From Candidatus Micrarchaeota archaeon (GTDB lineage: Archaea; Micrarchaeota; Micrarchaeia; Anstonellales; Anstonellaceae): a stretch of DNA of 64,000 nt. The stretch covers positions 7,484 to 71,483 of the forward strand of contig CAYMOY010000001.1 of assembly GCA_964392435.1 (NCBI GenBank), read 5' to 3'. Under the pieces are notes generated by a model. The model saw only the letters and a program-made list of their open reading frames with translations. It had not been told where the DNA came from and ran no database searches. The first letter of the stretch is position 1. Every line of letters begins with the position of its first letter. The position numbers and the translations under genes were made by a program. Below are positions 44,930 to 54,471 of the stretch, in pieces.

Positions 44930-45316
44930 ATGGGCAATGGTGGTTTGATGCAATATATACACAGCCAGGCAAAAAAGGCATATGCGAGCGGTATAATTCC
45001 CTTCAGCTTCAGCAGCGAGGCCCGCGCAATAGGCATAACGCGGTACAAAAACAAGGACTATCTTGTGGCTACTAGCAAATCCAACGAAATACTCAGGCTT
45101 TACGGGCAGTGCAAATCAATAGAACGCGGCCTGAAAGACAAGCCTGCCGCATCCGGGCTTGTTGGTCGGGAATTTTTCCTCAAGGTTTCCAACCACTTCA
45201 CTGACCGTTCTGACTACTACTCGTTCATTCACCTTCGGGCAGACGAGCGGGCGAAGCTTGTTTCTGGGATGAACAAGGGCAGGAGCGGGCACAAGGACTC
45301 TGTGGGGAGAAACTAG
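44930..45316 (+). CDS. Hypothetical protein
   Basis: 128 aa ORF preceded by TATA-like GTATATAAG at ~44880. Confidence 0.4.
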   Translation: MGNGGLMQYIHSQAKKAYASGIIPFSFSSEARAIGITRYKNKDYLVATSKSNEILRLYGQCKSIERGLKDKPAASGLVGREFFLKVSNHFTDRSDYYSFIHLRADERAKLVSGMNKGRSGHKDSVGRN

Positions 45317-45498
45317 TTGGTCTTGAAAAGGTAGTATGCGACCAGCAGGAAGACTATTGCCATTATCAGGCCGGACCAGGGTGCGTATGGCAGCGCCACA
45401 TCTATCCTCACCCCTGCAAAAGGCATCAGCATTTCTACTCCAAGCAGGAAGAGCATCCCGGATATGAAGCTTTTGAACTCCATTTTTTCACTCCGCAC
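45313..45498 (-). CDS. Small hypothetical membrane protein
   Basis: 61 aa, two hydrophobic helices. Confidence 0.3.
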   Translation of the reverse strand: MRSEKMEFKSFISGMLFLLGVEMLMPFAGVRIDVALPYAPWSGLIMAIVFLLVAYYLFKTN

Positions 45499-45551
45499 TC
45501 TTTAGGCAAGTTCATTTTAAAAACTTTGATTGCGATTCTCCCATTGGAGGT

Positions 45552-46100
45552 GTGGACATGGCGGTTGATGTGAAGATAGGGCAATGTATGACAGTGGGTG
45601 TGTTCACTCTTCCAGCGGACAAGACAGTGCGCGATGCCGCGCGCCTGTTGCGCAAAACCAACGTGGGCTCGGTCATAATCACCCAGAAGGGCAAGGCAAA
45701 GGGAATTATCACTGAGCGGGACATAGTCTACAAAGTAATTGCCGTAGGGCGCGACCCGGCGAAAACCAAGCTCAAAAGCGTGATGAGCCGCCCCCTGAAG
45801 GTAATCAAGGCTTCAGACCGGATAGACTCTGCCGCAATGGCGCTAAGAAACAACAAGGTGAAGCGCTTGCCGGTTGTGGACAAGGGCGGCAGGCTGGTTG
45901 GCATAATAACCGAGGGGGACCTGCTTCGCGTCTATCCGGGCATGGTGGATGTGGTTTCCGAAATGCGGGAAATACGTCCTGGCAAGCCCAACGAGTTTTT
46001 CACAGGAGTTTGCGAGAGTTGCGGCTGCTATGCCGAAGACCTCAAGCGCGAGGGAGGCAAGCTCAAGTGCGAAGAGTGCTTAGAGGAAGAAGAAGTCTGA
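45552..46100 (+). CDS. CBS-domain pair protein with C-terminal C4 zinc ribbon
   Basis: Two CBS motifs; C-terminal CESCGCY...CEEC. Confidence 0.7.
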   Translation: MDMAVDVKIGQCMTVGVFTLPADKTVRDAARLLRKTNVGSVIITQKGKAKGIITERDIVYKVIAVGRDPAKTKLKSVMSRPLKVIKASDRIDSAAMALRNNKVKRLPVVDKGGRLVGIITEGDLLRVYPGMVDVVSEMREIRPGKPNEFFTGVCESCGCYAEDLKREGGKLKCEECLEEEEV

Positions 46101-46152
46101 AACTGGATTTTTGCACCTGCCCGCCAAAAGCAATTTCCAGCTAATTTTCTTT

Positions 46153-46908
46153 TCATTGCCTTACTGCCAACAGCGCGGCTATTGCGCATGCTGCCGCCAA
46201 TCCCAAAGCAAGCGCTATGATGGGCAGCCGCCTGTCCTTGCACGAAAATGCGTCTGGCAAAAGTTCGAAGAGGGTGACAAACGCCATCGCGCCTGCTGAA
46301 AAGGCAAGCGCAACCGGGGTGAGCGTGGTGGTGGCTGCTATCAAAAAAAAGCCGACAATTGCCGCGCCTGCCTCGACCGCGCCCGAGAAAACGCCCCAGA
46401 AAACCGACTGTTTTTTGCTGATTCCATAAGCCGCAAGGGGAGCCGAGACAATCAGCCCCTCTGGGAAGTCCTGGACTGCCATTGAAACGGACACCAGCCA
46501 TCCAAGAGGGCTTGAGGCTGCAAACGCAGCGGCTATTGCAAACCCCTCGGGAATATTGTGGAGAGTGATGGTTCCTCCGACAAGCAACGCCTTTTTCCCC
46601 TCCTCCGACATGCCCGGCGCCTTTTTTCCCTTCACAAACGCATGCGCGTGGGGAATCAGCCGCTCCATTGCAAACAGGACAGCTCCCCCGAGCAAAAAGC
46701 TTCCAATCACCCTCCACAATCCCAACAGAGCATAAGCCTGCAACAGCATTTCTCCGGCGGAAAAGAGCATGACTCCGGATGAGAAAGCGATTATCGCAAG
46801 ATGCTCGCGGCGTCCAAGTTTTTTTATCAAAAACAATCCGGCTGCCCCTGCGGCTGTTGCGGCAAACGCCAGCATCGCCCCGAAAAATACATCCGGTATC
46901 TCAAGCAT
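46153..46908 (-). CDS. ZIP-family metal (Zn/Fe) transporter, ZupT-like
   Basis: HNIPEGFAIA and DFPEGLIVS signature regions; 8 TM. Confidence 0.8.
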   Translation of the reverse strand: MLEIPDVFFGAMLAFAATAAGAAGLFLIKKLGRREHLAIIAFSSGVMLFSAGEMLLQAYALLGLWRVIGSFLLGGAVLFAMERLIPHAHAFVKGKKAPGMSEEGKKALLVGGTITLHNIPEGFAIAAAFAASSPLGWLVSVSMAVQDFPEGLIVSAPLAAYGISKKQSVFWGVFSGAVEAGAAIVGFFLIAATTTLTPVALAFSAGAMAFVTLFELLPDAFSCKDRRLPIIALALGLAAACAIAALLAVRQ

Positions 46909-47008
46909 ATGCGGTTGTATCCAATCGCACCATTCTTATTCCTTGCTTCCATCATCTATCTGCCAATATGGGCCGCTAGGCGGTTTCCAGGCTGGCAAGG
47001 GTTTTTCA

Positions 47009-47395
47009 ATGGCATTTGGCACCTATCGCAAAGGCGCGAGGGCTGAGCGCGAGCTTATACACTATTTCTCCAGCCACGGCTTTGAGGTAATCCGCGCCGC
47101 AGGCTCCGGGGTCAATTCCCTCTCGCCCGACCTTCTTGCCTTCAGGGCTGGCAGGCAATACGCAATAGAGTGCAAGGCATGGGACAAGTCTTCCCTCTCA
47201 TTCGATAAAGAGAGGCTTTCAGGCATGAAAAGGTGGGAGGAAGTGACTGGCATCACCTATCTTATTGGCTGGAGGCAAAACAGGGAGGGGTGGCTCTTCT
47301 TCCCAATCCATATGCTCGAGGAGCAGAATAAGAGCTTCACCATCACGCTTTCCAAGGCAAGGCTGATTGGGCAGAAGATTGAAGAACTGGTCTAG
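47009..47395 (+). CDS. hjc: Holliday junction resolvase Hjc
   Basis: KGARAERELIHYFSSHGFEVIRAAGSG...DLLAFRAGRQYAIECKA... typical Hjc; start at internal Met 47009 of ORF 46769..47395. Confidence 0.8.
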   Translation: MAFGTYRKGARAERELIHYFSSHGFEVIRAAGSGVNSLSPDLLAFRAGRQYAIECKAWDKSSLSFDKERLSGMKRWEEVTGITYLIGWRQNREGWLFFPIHMLEEQNKSFTITLSKARLIGQKIEELV

Positions 47396-47408
47396 TGGTA
47401 ATACTCGC

Positions 47409-47468
47409 GGCAAATGATGACAAGTACGACTCCGATTCCAAATGACGATGTGACTTGACTCTGATGCC
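47409..47468 (+). ncRNA. Probable C/D-box sRNA
   Basis: GGCA-aATGATGA(C)-12nt-CGAT(D'-like)-5nt-ATGACGA(C')-12nt-CTGA(D)-TGCC with 4-bp terminal stem; second C-box/D-box pair at 47475-47503. Confidence 0.45.
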
Positions 47469-47566
47469 CAAAAAATGATGACATCAGCAACCAAAAGCGC
47501 TGAGGCGCGGCTTGGGGGGCCCCTGAAAAGCCCAGGCTAGGCAAATTCATTTCCGGGCAAAAAGCT

Positions 47567-47779
47567 TCAGGCGGGCTGGGAAACAAACCCGATCTTGACC
47601 AGAAGCTCTTCCTTTTCCTTCTTTGAAAGCTTCGGATGTTCCACTATTCCCTGCTTGAAAATGCGGCAGTAATCCTCGTGCTGGGTGGTGCTGCCCTCGT
47701 TCTTCCGATAGCGCTTTGACTGCTCGTCGGCATAGCGGTTCCACGCAGTTATTATTTGCAGTTTTATCTCATCACTCAT
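47567..47779 (-). CDS. Small hypothetical protein
   Basis: 70 aa ORF. Confidence 0.3.
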   Translation of the reverse strand: MSDEIKLQIITAWNRYADEQSKRYRKNEGSTTQHEDYCRIFKQGIVEHPKLSKKEKEELLVKIGFVSQPA

Positions 47780-48091
47780 GCTTTCATCTCCTAATCAGAG
47801 CAGATACTTTGGCCTTGAACTAAATTCAGAAGGCGTAGTTTTATCTTATGCTCAAACATGTTTAAATAGCTTGCTACTGCGGCGACTGAGGGCGGTCTGC
47901 GGCAGGAAGGGGGCTGCGGGGCTGCCAAACGCAAGACACTGGCTTGCCTTGGGAGGGGAAAGCGCGCAAGCGGCTGGCTGCAAACGATAAATAGGCTCCG
48001 GTTGCAATCAATGCGCGCGCGGATGAGGAAAACGTGGATTCTAGCAGCCGTGTCTAGCGGCAATGGCTTCAATCTGGAGATCTGACGTGCG

Positions 48092-49246
48092 CTAAGCTTC
48101 TCTGCAGTCTCCAGCCTGCAGTCCAGTTTTTTTCTGCGCGCCAATCAGCTTCATGCTCCAGGCTGCGTACAAGATGAGGGAGAGGGCGCAAGCCAGGAAA
48201 ATCGGGGCAAAACCAAGGCTTTGCACGGCGAAGCCTGAGGCTGCCGAAGCTAAAAACACAGCAACCGTCCCGGGCGCATGCAAAAGCGCGATGTCGGTAG
48301 CCCTTTTCTTGCTCGGCTTTGCCTGCAGGTAAATCATTTCTTCCCAAACCAGCGCAAGGTTGGCGTCTCCCAGGGCCATTATCAGGAAAAAAAGCGGCAC
48401 AAGATGATTGGGGGCAGCAACAATCCCAGCAATGGCAATCGCAAAAATTGCGGCGCCAAAAGTCGCAGCTCTTTGGGTTCCCCAGCCCCGATGCGAAATG
48501 TATTGCAGTGTAAAGCCGAAAATCAGGAAATACGCGGCATAGATGAGCCCTATTTCAAAAGCGGAAAAGCCCGTCATGCTCAGGAAAAGGGGCGCGAGCA
48601 GGTAAAGCATGACCATGTAAAAGGTGCTTCCAACCGCCATTGCTGCAGAGGTTTCGTAGAAAGTTTTGCTCCGGCCTAGCATCGCAAGGTCAGACCACCG
48701 CACTTTTTCCCTTGCCGGGCTGTTTTTCACCCCAAAAGAAAGGTAAAGCGTTATCAGCGCCACTATTATGGCGAGCAGGAACAGCATACTGTAGCCGGCT
48801 AGCGGGGCAAGCAAGGCTACTGATAGGCTGCCAAGGGCGAAATACACCTGCCTTCCGCCCACCATGCTGCCCAGCGTGAAATGCTCATCATGGGGCTTGG
48901 CTGCGATTATGCTGCTTCGGTTGACCGCCCATATGAGCGAGCCTCTCGCCCCGTCGAAAAGCTTGCCGGCTGCAAACCCGAGTGCGGTTGGCGAAAAAAG
49001 GTAGGCTGCCCCCTGCGCGGCATTTGAGGCTGCGCTGAGGCTGTAGCAAATCCTCTCCCCTGCCAAATCCGCCAGCACAGAAGCTGCCATCCTTACTGCA
49101 AGGGCGGCTAGTGGCGCTGCTGCAAAAACCAGGCCAATTAGGGCAAGATCGATTTCCTGCTCCAGCATGGCAAGCGGGACCGCCAAGGTTACAATTCCCC
49201 CTATGAAGGCATCGAAGAAATTAAGCCAGAAAACGCGGCGCACCAT
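48092..49246 (-). CDS. MFS-type transporter
   Basis: 384 aa, ~12 predicted TM helices. Confidence 0.65.
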   Translation of the reverse strand: MVRRVFWLNFFDAFIGGIVTLAVPLAMLEQEIDLALIGLVFAAAPLAALAVRMAASVLADLAGERICYSLSAASNAAQGAAYLFSPTALGFAAGKLFDGARGSLIWAVNRSSIIAAKPHDEHFTLGSMVGGRQVYFALGSLSVALLAPLAGYSMLFLLAIIVALITLYLSFGVKNSPAREKVRWSDLAMLGRSKTFYETSAAMAVGSTFYMVMLYLLAPLFLSMTGFSAFEIGLIYAAYFLIFGFTLQYISHRGWGTQRAATFGAAIFAIAIAGIVAAPNHLVPLFFLIMALGDANLALVWEEMIYLQAKPSKKRATDIALLHAPGTVAVFLASAASGFAVQSLGFAPIFLACALSLILYAAWSMKLIGAQKKTGLQAGDCREA

Positions 49247-49325
49247 TGTTCTGTTTTCTTTAGAGGAGATTAAAAATCCGAGCCAGAAAGCCAGTCAGAT
49301 CCGAATAAGCAATGGGATAATGCCT

Positions 49326-50039
49326 TTAGGGCCTGTAGGCATCCATATCGTCCTGCATGAATTCCACGGCTTCCAGCACTTCTATTGCAAGCTTAACTGT
49401 TTTTATTTCACCGGGACTGAATTTTCCGCTTTTTCTCATCTTTGCGGCCAGCCAATCTTTCCCATCCAAATACTGCTTTGGCGATTCAAGCACCAGCCCC
49501 TGGTCATATATAATCACATTGAGCCTGCCTGCCAGAATCTCATTTGCAATATCGGGCAGCTTCTCCGAGGCTTTGGCGATGATGGAGTATATCTGAAAAG
49601 CAGCCTTTGCGTGCTGGTTGTTTGCCCCTGAGGCGAGGTAAGAGTCCGCTTCCCCGCCGCAGAAGCAATTGCGCAATATTTCCAGGCAATCAAAGATGGT
49701 CTGCAAATCCTTTACAGACGCATTGCCTGCCTTCACATTCTCGATTGCCTTGCCCGCATTCTTAAGCCTCATCGGGTTAAGGCGGTATTCTACCGCCCCC
49801 GGCCAAGCTTTCCTGATGGCCCCAATCAATCCGGCAACATCGATGTTGTCAAGCTCCCCGGTGTTTTTCCTCAATCTGCACACATCATTTATCCTTTCAG
49901 TCAGATTTGCCGGCACAGGCTCGGTGATGCTGCGGTTCAAGAATGCCGTTCCTGGGGCGTTTGTGCGGATTGCCCCGCATCTGCCTGTGGCCTGCAAGAT
50001 AATCGATGAAGCATCAATTGGTTTGGTCTTAATGTTCAA
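49326..50039 (-). CDS. Hypothetical protein
   Basis: 237 aa ORF, no recognisable motif. Confidence 0.4.
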   Translation of the reverse strand: MNIKTKPIDASSIILQATGRCGAIRTNAPGTAFLNRSITEPVPANLTERINDVCRLRKNTGELDNIDVAGLIGAIRKAWPGAVEYRLNPMRLKNAGKAIENVKAGNASVKDLQTIFDCLEILRNCFCGGEADSYLASGANNQHAKAAFQIYSIIAKASEKLPDIANEILAGRLNVIIYDQGLVLESPKQYLDGKDWLAAKMRKSGKFSPGEIKTVKLAIEVLEAVEFMQDDMDAYRP

Positions 50040-50186
50040 GCTCTCACCTGGCTCATCTGTGTATGCAAGTGTATTTAAATGTATTTATCTTGGGCTTTGC
50101 CCGGTTGCCGGGCAGCTTCAACACTCTTTGCGCAGCAGCTTCTTGGGTCTCTTTTTTATAACCATCTCCCCTTAACCGATATCAGT

Positions 50187-50260
50187 GGCCACGGTGGTGT
50201 AGCCTGGTAGCACGGGAGACTGTGGATCTCTTAGCCCGAGTTCAAATCTCGGCTGTGGCC
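50187..50260 (+). tRNA. tRNA-His (anticodon GTG)
   Basis: G-1 opposite C73, acceptor GCCACGG/CTGTGGC, anticodon stem GGAGA/TCTCT with loop CTGTGGA, T-arm CCGAG-TTCAAAT-CTCGG. Confidence 0.75.
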
Positions 50261-50296
50261 TCACTTCGTTCAGCCACAGTCTCGCCGCCTTTCGGC

Positions 50297-50380
50297 GTCG
50301 ATCGGCTGTGGCCCTCGCAATGCGTTGCTCGTGCCACATCTGTCGCAAACCTAAGGGTTTGCTCCATCGGCTGTGGCCCT
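50297..50380 (+). repeat. Two partial copies of tRNA-His 3' end (TCGGCTGTGGCC) downstream of the gene, first preceded by CCGCC-type insert, second by hairpin GCAAACC-TAA-GGGTTTGC
   Basis: cggctgtggcc at 50301-50311 and 50368-50378 vs tRNA 3' end 50250-50260. Confidence 0.55.
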
Positions 50381-50432
50381 TCGCTTCGCCTTTTTGGCAA
50401 ATCTAATTAAACTTCACCTGGGAAATTGGCGC

Positions 50433-51020
50433 ATGAAGACATCGGTGCTGCTCTTGCTGCTCATCGGAGTGGCCCTAGCCATATCATTTTACGTATTCCT
50501 CAAGCCTGCTTATCCGATGACAGAGGCGGATGCGAAGAGGTTTTTCCTTGAGGACCTGAAGGAAAAATACCCCGCGGCGGACGTGCGGGAAATAATGGAG
50601 ATAATCTCCCTGACTGCGCAGGATGGAACCCCGTACTACCAGCTCAAGGCAAGGGTTACAACCGGCATCTATTCGCCATGCCCTGAGCGCATCCACGTAT
50701 ACTATGATTATCCGCCGAAGAATTTCGTTTCCCAGCCCCCTGAGTACATCACGCGCGGCTGCCAGATATGCATCAACGAACCCAATTGCATAATCGCGTT
50801 TCCTGAAGAGGCTATAATCGCTTCGCACACTTATCCGGGGGCCGAAAAAGTCGCAAATTTCATAAGGAATAACGCGGATGCCGCAGCCGAGCTGCCAGTC
50901 TCTCTGGATAGCTACAATGGCTATTCTGGCGTCTGGAGGGTCAAGTGGAACTCGGCTTCAAGCGGGGGGTCCATCTCGGTGATAGTTCTCAAGTCGCAAA
51001 ACAAGGTGCTGCCCGAATAG
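50433..51020 (+). CDS. Hypothetical secreted/membrane-anchored protein
   Basis: MKTSVLLLLLIGVALAISFYVF signal anchor. Confidence 0.45.
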   Translation: MKTSVLLLLLIGVALAISFYVFLKPAYPMTEADAKRFFLEDLKEKYPAADVREIMEIISLTAQDGTPYYQLKARVTTGIYSPCPERIHVYYDYPPKNFVSQPPEYITRGCQICINEPNCIIAFPEEAIIASHTYPGAEKVANFIRNNADAAAELPVSLDSYNGYSGVWRVKWNSASSGGSISVIVLKSQNKVLPE

Positions 51021-51036
51021 CGCCCCGCCTTCTTTC

Positions 51037-52857
51037 TCAGCCCTCGTAATAGTAGTACTCGCCAGCCTCCTTTTGTTCGCGGTCAAGCGCAGAATCCGGC
51101 TTGTTTATGCGCGGCCTCCTGGAATCCTTGTCTCGCCTCAAGGTTATACCCACACCGGCAAGGAAACGGTTCATTCCCTCCCGCTTGCCTGATGGAGCCA
51201 AAGCGCGCCCCTGCACCCCGGGCTTGCCCTCAAATATCGCCATGCGCGAGGAAATGGCATCCAGCAGCACCAGGTCATGGTCTATGACAAACGCGCATTT
51301 TTTCGAGTCCACTATCAGATGCTGCAAAAGGGATGCGAATTCCAGCCTCTGCTCAATATCCAAAAATGCGGAAGGCTCGTCGAACAGATAGATGTCGGCT
51401 TCTTTTGAAAGCGAAAGGCCTATTGAAACGCGCTGCAGCTCGCCCCCCGAAAGCGTGGTGAGGCTTTTTTCCATAAGCGTGTTGAGGTTCAGCCTGCGCT
51501 TTGCCTGCTCCGCAACTGCCATGTCAAGAGAGGATGCGGCAGCCCCGCCCAAGGCATCTGAGGATGGGCAAAGGTCGCGTTCCCCGGTGAAAAGCTGGCG
51601 CACTTCGATTCCCTCCTCTGGTTTCACATACTGCGGCTTGTAAGAGACGCGAAGCGCGTTTCCAACCTCTCCGTTGTCTGGCTTTTCAGCCCCGGCAATC
51701 ATCTTTATGAAAAGCGATTTGCCAATCGCGTTTTGCCCAAGCAGGCCGATTATCTCCCCTTCCATTATGCTGCCCTGCTCCGAGGAAAATGAGAATCTGT
51801 CGAATTTCTTCTCAAGCTTGGGGTAGGCAAACTTTGTCTTGTTCGCCTTTATCTGCCCTGCCGATGCGACTGAGAACGTGATTGAATGGTCCCTGAAGCG
51901 CGTGTTTTCCTCCCTCAAAAACCCTTCCAGATACTCGTTTATTCCGCTTCGCGCTGCCTTTACTCCAGAGACTGCGCCGTATGCGTTCTCCTGGCCGTAA
52001 AAGACGTGCACGTAATCCGAGAGATAGTCGAATATCGCAAGGTCGTGCTCGATTACCACCACGCTTTTTTGTTCTGAGAGTTCCTTGAGGGCGCGCGCTG
52101 CAGCCAGCCTCTGCATTATGTCAAGATAAGCTGCCGGCTCGTCGATGTAATAGATATCTGCATCTTTGCAATACGCCACAGCTATCGCCAGGCGCTGCAG
52201 CTCGCCGCCGGACAGGACCGACACGCGCTTTTCCATTATTTCTGATAGGAAAAACGCCTCTTCGGCTTTTTTCGCAGCATGCCTCTCGTCTGATTTTTCC
52301 AAAAGCTGCCTGGCGGTCCCACTGAAAAGCTCAGGTATCCTGTTTATGTTCTGCGGCTTGAGCGCAACACGGAGCTTCTTGTCAAGTATGGTCTTGAAGT
52401 AATTCTGCAAGTCGGGCGAAAGCCGTTTGAGTATCTCCTCCGGCTCCGGCTTTTTTTCAAAATCTGCGAAGTTGGGAGATAGCTGGGCTGCCATCAGCTT
52501 TATCGCAGTGCTTTTGCCTATCCCGTTCTTGCCGATAAGGCCCACCACCCCTTTTTGGGGGAGCGGAAGGCCGTAGAGCCGAAATGAGTTCTCCCCATAT
52601 TGGTAGATGGGGTGGGACATTTCCTGCGCGAGGTTGATGATTGTGATGCAGTCTGCCGGGCATTTTTTTGGGCATATGCCGCAGCCGGTGCAAAGCTGCT
52701 CCGATATGATGGGAAAGCCATCAGCATCCACGATGACCGTGTCGTCTCCCATGCGCACTCCAGGGCAAACTTTCATGCATAGGTAGCCGCATTTCTCCTT
52801 GAGGCACTTGTCCCTTTCAATGACTGCAATGCGGGTCTTCCCGAAATAATTTTCCAT
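51037..52857 (-). CDS. ABCE1/RLI ribosome-recycling ATPase (Fe-S domain + twin ABC cassettes)
   Basis: N-terminal CxxCxxCxxxCP ferredoxin motifs; two Walker A GxNGxGKST, two LSGGELQR signatures. Confidence 0.9.
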   Translation of the reverse strand: MENYFGKTRIAVIERDKCLKEKCGYLCMKVCPGVRMGDDTVIVDADGFPIISEQLCTGCGICPKKCPADCITIINLAQEMSHPIYQYGENSFRLYGLPLPQKGVVGLIGKNGIGKSTAIKLMAAQLSPNFADFEKKPEPEEILKRLSPDLQNYFKTILDKKLRVALKPQNINRIPELFSGTARQLLEKSDERHAAKKAEEAFFLSEIMEKRVSVLSGGELQRLAIAVAYCKDADIYYIDEPAAYLDIMQRLAAARALKELSEQKSVVVIEHDLAIFDYLSDYVHVFYGQENAYGAVSGVKAARSGINEYLEGFLREENTRFRDHSITFSVASAGQIKANKTKFAYPKLEKKFDRFSFSSEQGSIMEGEIIGLLGQNAIGKSLFIKMIAGAEKPDNGEVGNALRVSYKPQYVKPEEGIEVRQLFTGERDLCPSSDALGGAAASSLDMAVAEQAKRRLNLNTLMEKSLTTLSGGELQRVSIGLSLSKEADIYLFDEPSAFLDIEQRLEFASLLQHLIVDSKKCAFVIDHDLVLLDAISSRMAIFEGKPGVQGRALAPSGKREGMNRFLAGVGITLRRDKDSRRPRINKPDSALDREQKEAGEYYYYEG

Positions 52858-53067
52858 CCCAACCGCGCCTTATTTGCCCTATTCAGTTTAATAGCTTCTT
52901 CCTCTTTTTTTGTTGTAGCAAGTGTAAAGGTAAGTTTATATAGGCTTTGTGGCATAAGCTGGTCAGGCGGGCTATCCGTCGGTGTGGGGGATGGAAGCGA
53001 AACAAACTTCCGAACAAGATAAGTTTTCCAAGAACGGCCGGCCCGCCGCACGCTTCAAAAAGATGGG

Positions 53068-54447
53068 GTGAATCTCATGGCAGAATTCAAGCAGTTGCAA
53101 ACCACCGGCCAGAGAAACCCCCCAAGGGGCGAGATAAAAGGCTCCCCTGTGATAAGTCAATTCATCAAAATGCACCCCCTGGCAAACCGCCATCTTGCGC
53201 TTAGGGACTGGGGTGAATCCCCCTGGAAAATCGGGCTCATTGTTTCGGAAGCCATTCTTGCCCTTGAGCGGGAGTCTGGGAACGTTCAGAAAAAAGAGCT
53301 GGCAGCAAAAACAATCAAAGATGTGCGGGAAAGAATAAACGGGGCCAAGCAGCTTTACAAGGAAATTTTTGATGAAAATGGCGGTGAAAGCGAAGCCGCC
53401 CTCAAGCTGCTCGACGACATATCGTTCATGGAAAACATGTGCAACATAATCGAGGCGCAGGTAAACGGTCTGGTATCACGGCAGAATAGCTGGAAAGCAA
53501 GAGTCTACGACATCGGGGAGAGATACACCAAGCAAGTCTTGATTTCCACCCCTTGGGAAAACATCCGTAAGAAAAACCCCTGGATAACCATTGCAATGGG
53601 CGCAGGCGTGGGGCTTGCTGCCGCCTGGTTCACCAACGGCTGGAACGCGGCGGTGCAGATGACCCAATATGTCCTGCAGCTGGGGCACCAAAGCACGTTT
53701 ATTCTTGAGAGGATAAAGCCAATTACCGATTTCGCATCCGGGGTGATTTCAACCCTTGGGGCAGGCGCCATTTTTTACAAACTTTCAAAATCAGATGCCT
53801 TGCGAAGGTTCTACACCAAGCACATCAGGGGCAACCAGGCGGCAATAATGAAGCACGCCTCCTGGATTGGGGCTGCCGCAGGCATGGCATCCGGCTTTGC
53901 GCTTTTCGCCTCGGGGCAGCTGGACGGGGCGATACACGCAATGCAGTATTTCTGGAAGACCCTTCATACAGACCCGGCAATCAAGAATTTCATCAATCCG
54001 CTCACAGAATTCTTCTGGAATGTCGGGGGGATGATTTTTTTCGGGTGGGGCGTGAACAAGCTGGACCGGGAGTCCTTCAAGAAGAAAGAGAAGCTTGCAG
54101 ACGAGTGCGAGCAAAAGCAGCTTGCCATAGTTGAGGAGGAAAAGCTGTTCCGCAGGAAGACAATTGCGATAATAAAGCAAAAGGCGATACTTCTTTCTGC
54201 CCTGTATGGATACTGCGCAGAGCTAGACTTGGTGGATCCTGAAATTTCTGCGCTTGCCGAAGCCGGGAATTTTGGGAAAATAAACGAAATCCACAAGGAG
54301 AGGATGCGGGAGATTTTCGGGGATGAAAAGATTCCCGACTATCTTCTGGATGCCGCCAGCCAAGACTCCACATCCACAGACAGCGTTGTTAAAGTGCCGG
54401 AGGCTCCCATCACCAAGGAAATCCGCCCTTCCAAGCCAACCAATTAA
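53068..54447 (+). CDS. Hypothetical membrane protein
   Basis: 459 aa, hydrophobic core. Confidence 0.45.
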   Translation: MNLMAEFKQLQTTGQRNPPRGEIKGSPVISQFIKMHPLANRHLALRDWGESPWKIGLIVSEAILALERESGNVQKKELAAKTIKDVRERINGAKQLYKEIFDENGGESEAALKLLDDISFMENMCNIIEAQVNGLVSRQNSWKARVYDIGERYTKQVLISTPWENIRKKNPWITIAMGAGVGLAAAWFTNGWNAAVQMTQYVLQLGHQSTFILERIKPITDFASGVISTLGAGAIFYKLSKSDALRRFYTKHIRGNQAAIMKHASWIGAAAGMASGFALFASGQLDGAIHAMQYFWKTLHTDPAIKNFINPLTEFFWNVGGMIFFGWGVNKLDRESFKKKEKLADECEQKQLAIVEEEKLFRRKTIAIIKQKAILLSALYGYCAELDLVDPEISALAEAGNFGKINEIHKERMREIFGDEKIPDYLLDAASQDSTSTDSVVKVPEAPITKEIRPSKPTN

Positions 54448-54471
54448 ATCCCATCGCCCCATCTTCTTCAC

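Noticed and set aside
47791-48144. 117-aa minus-strand ORF
   Set aside because: Arg/Leu/Pro-rich, overlaps the end of the MFS transporter gene region and lacks any recognisable motif; probably non-coding.
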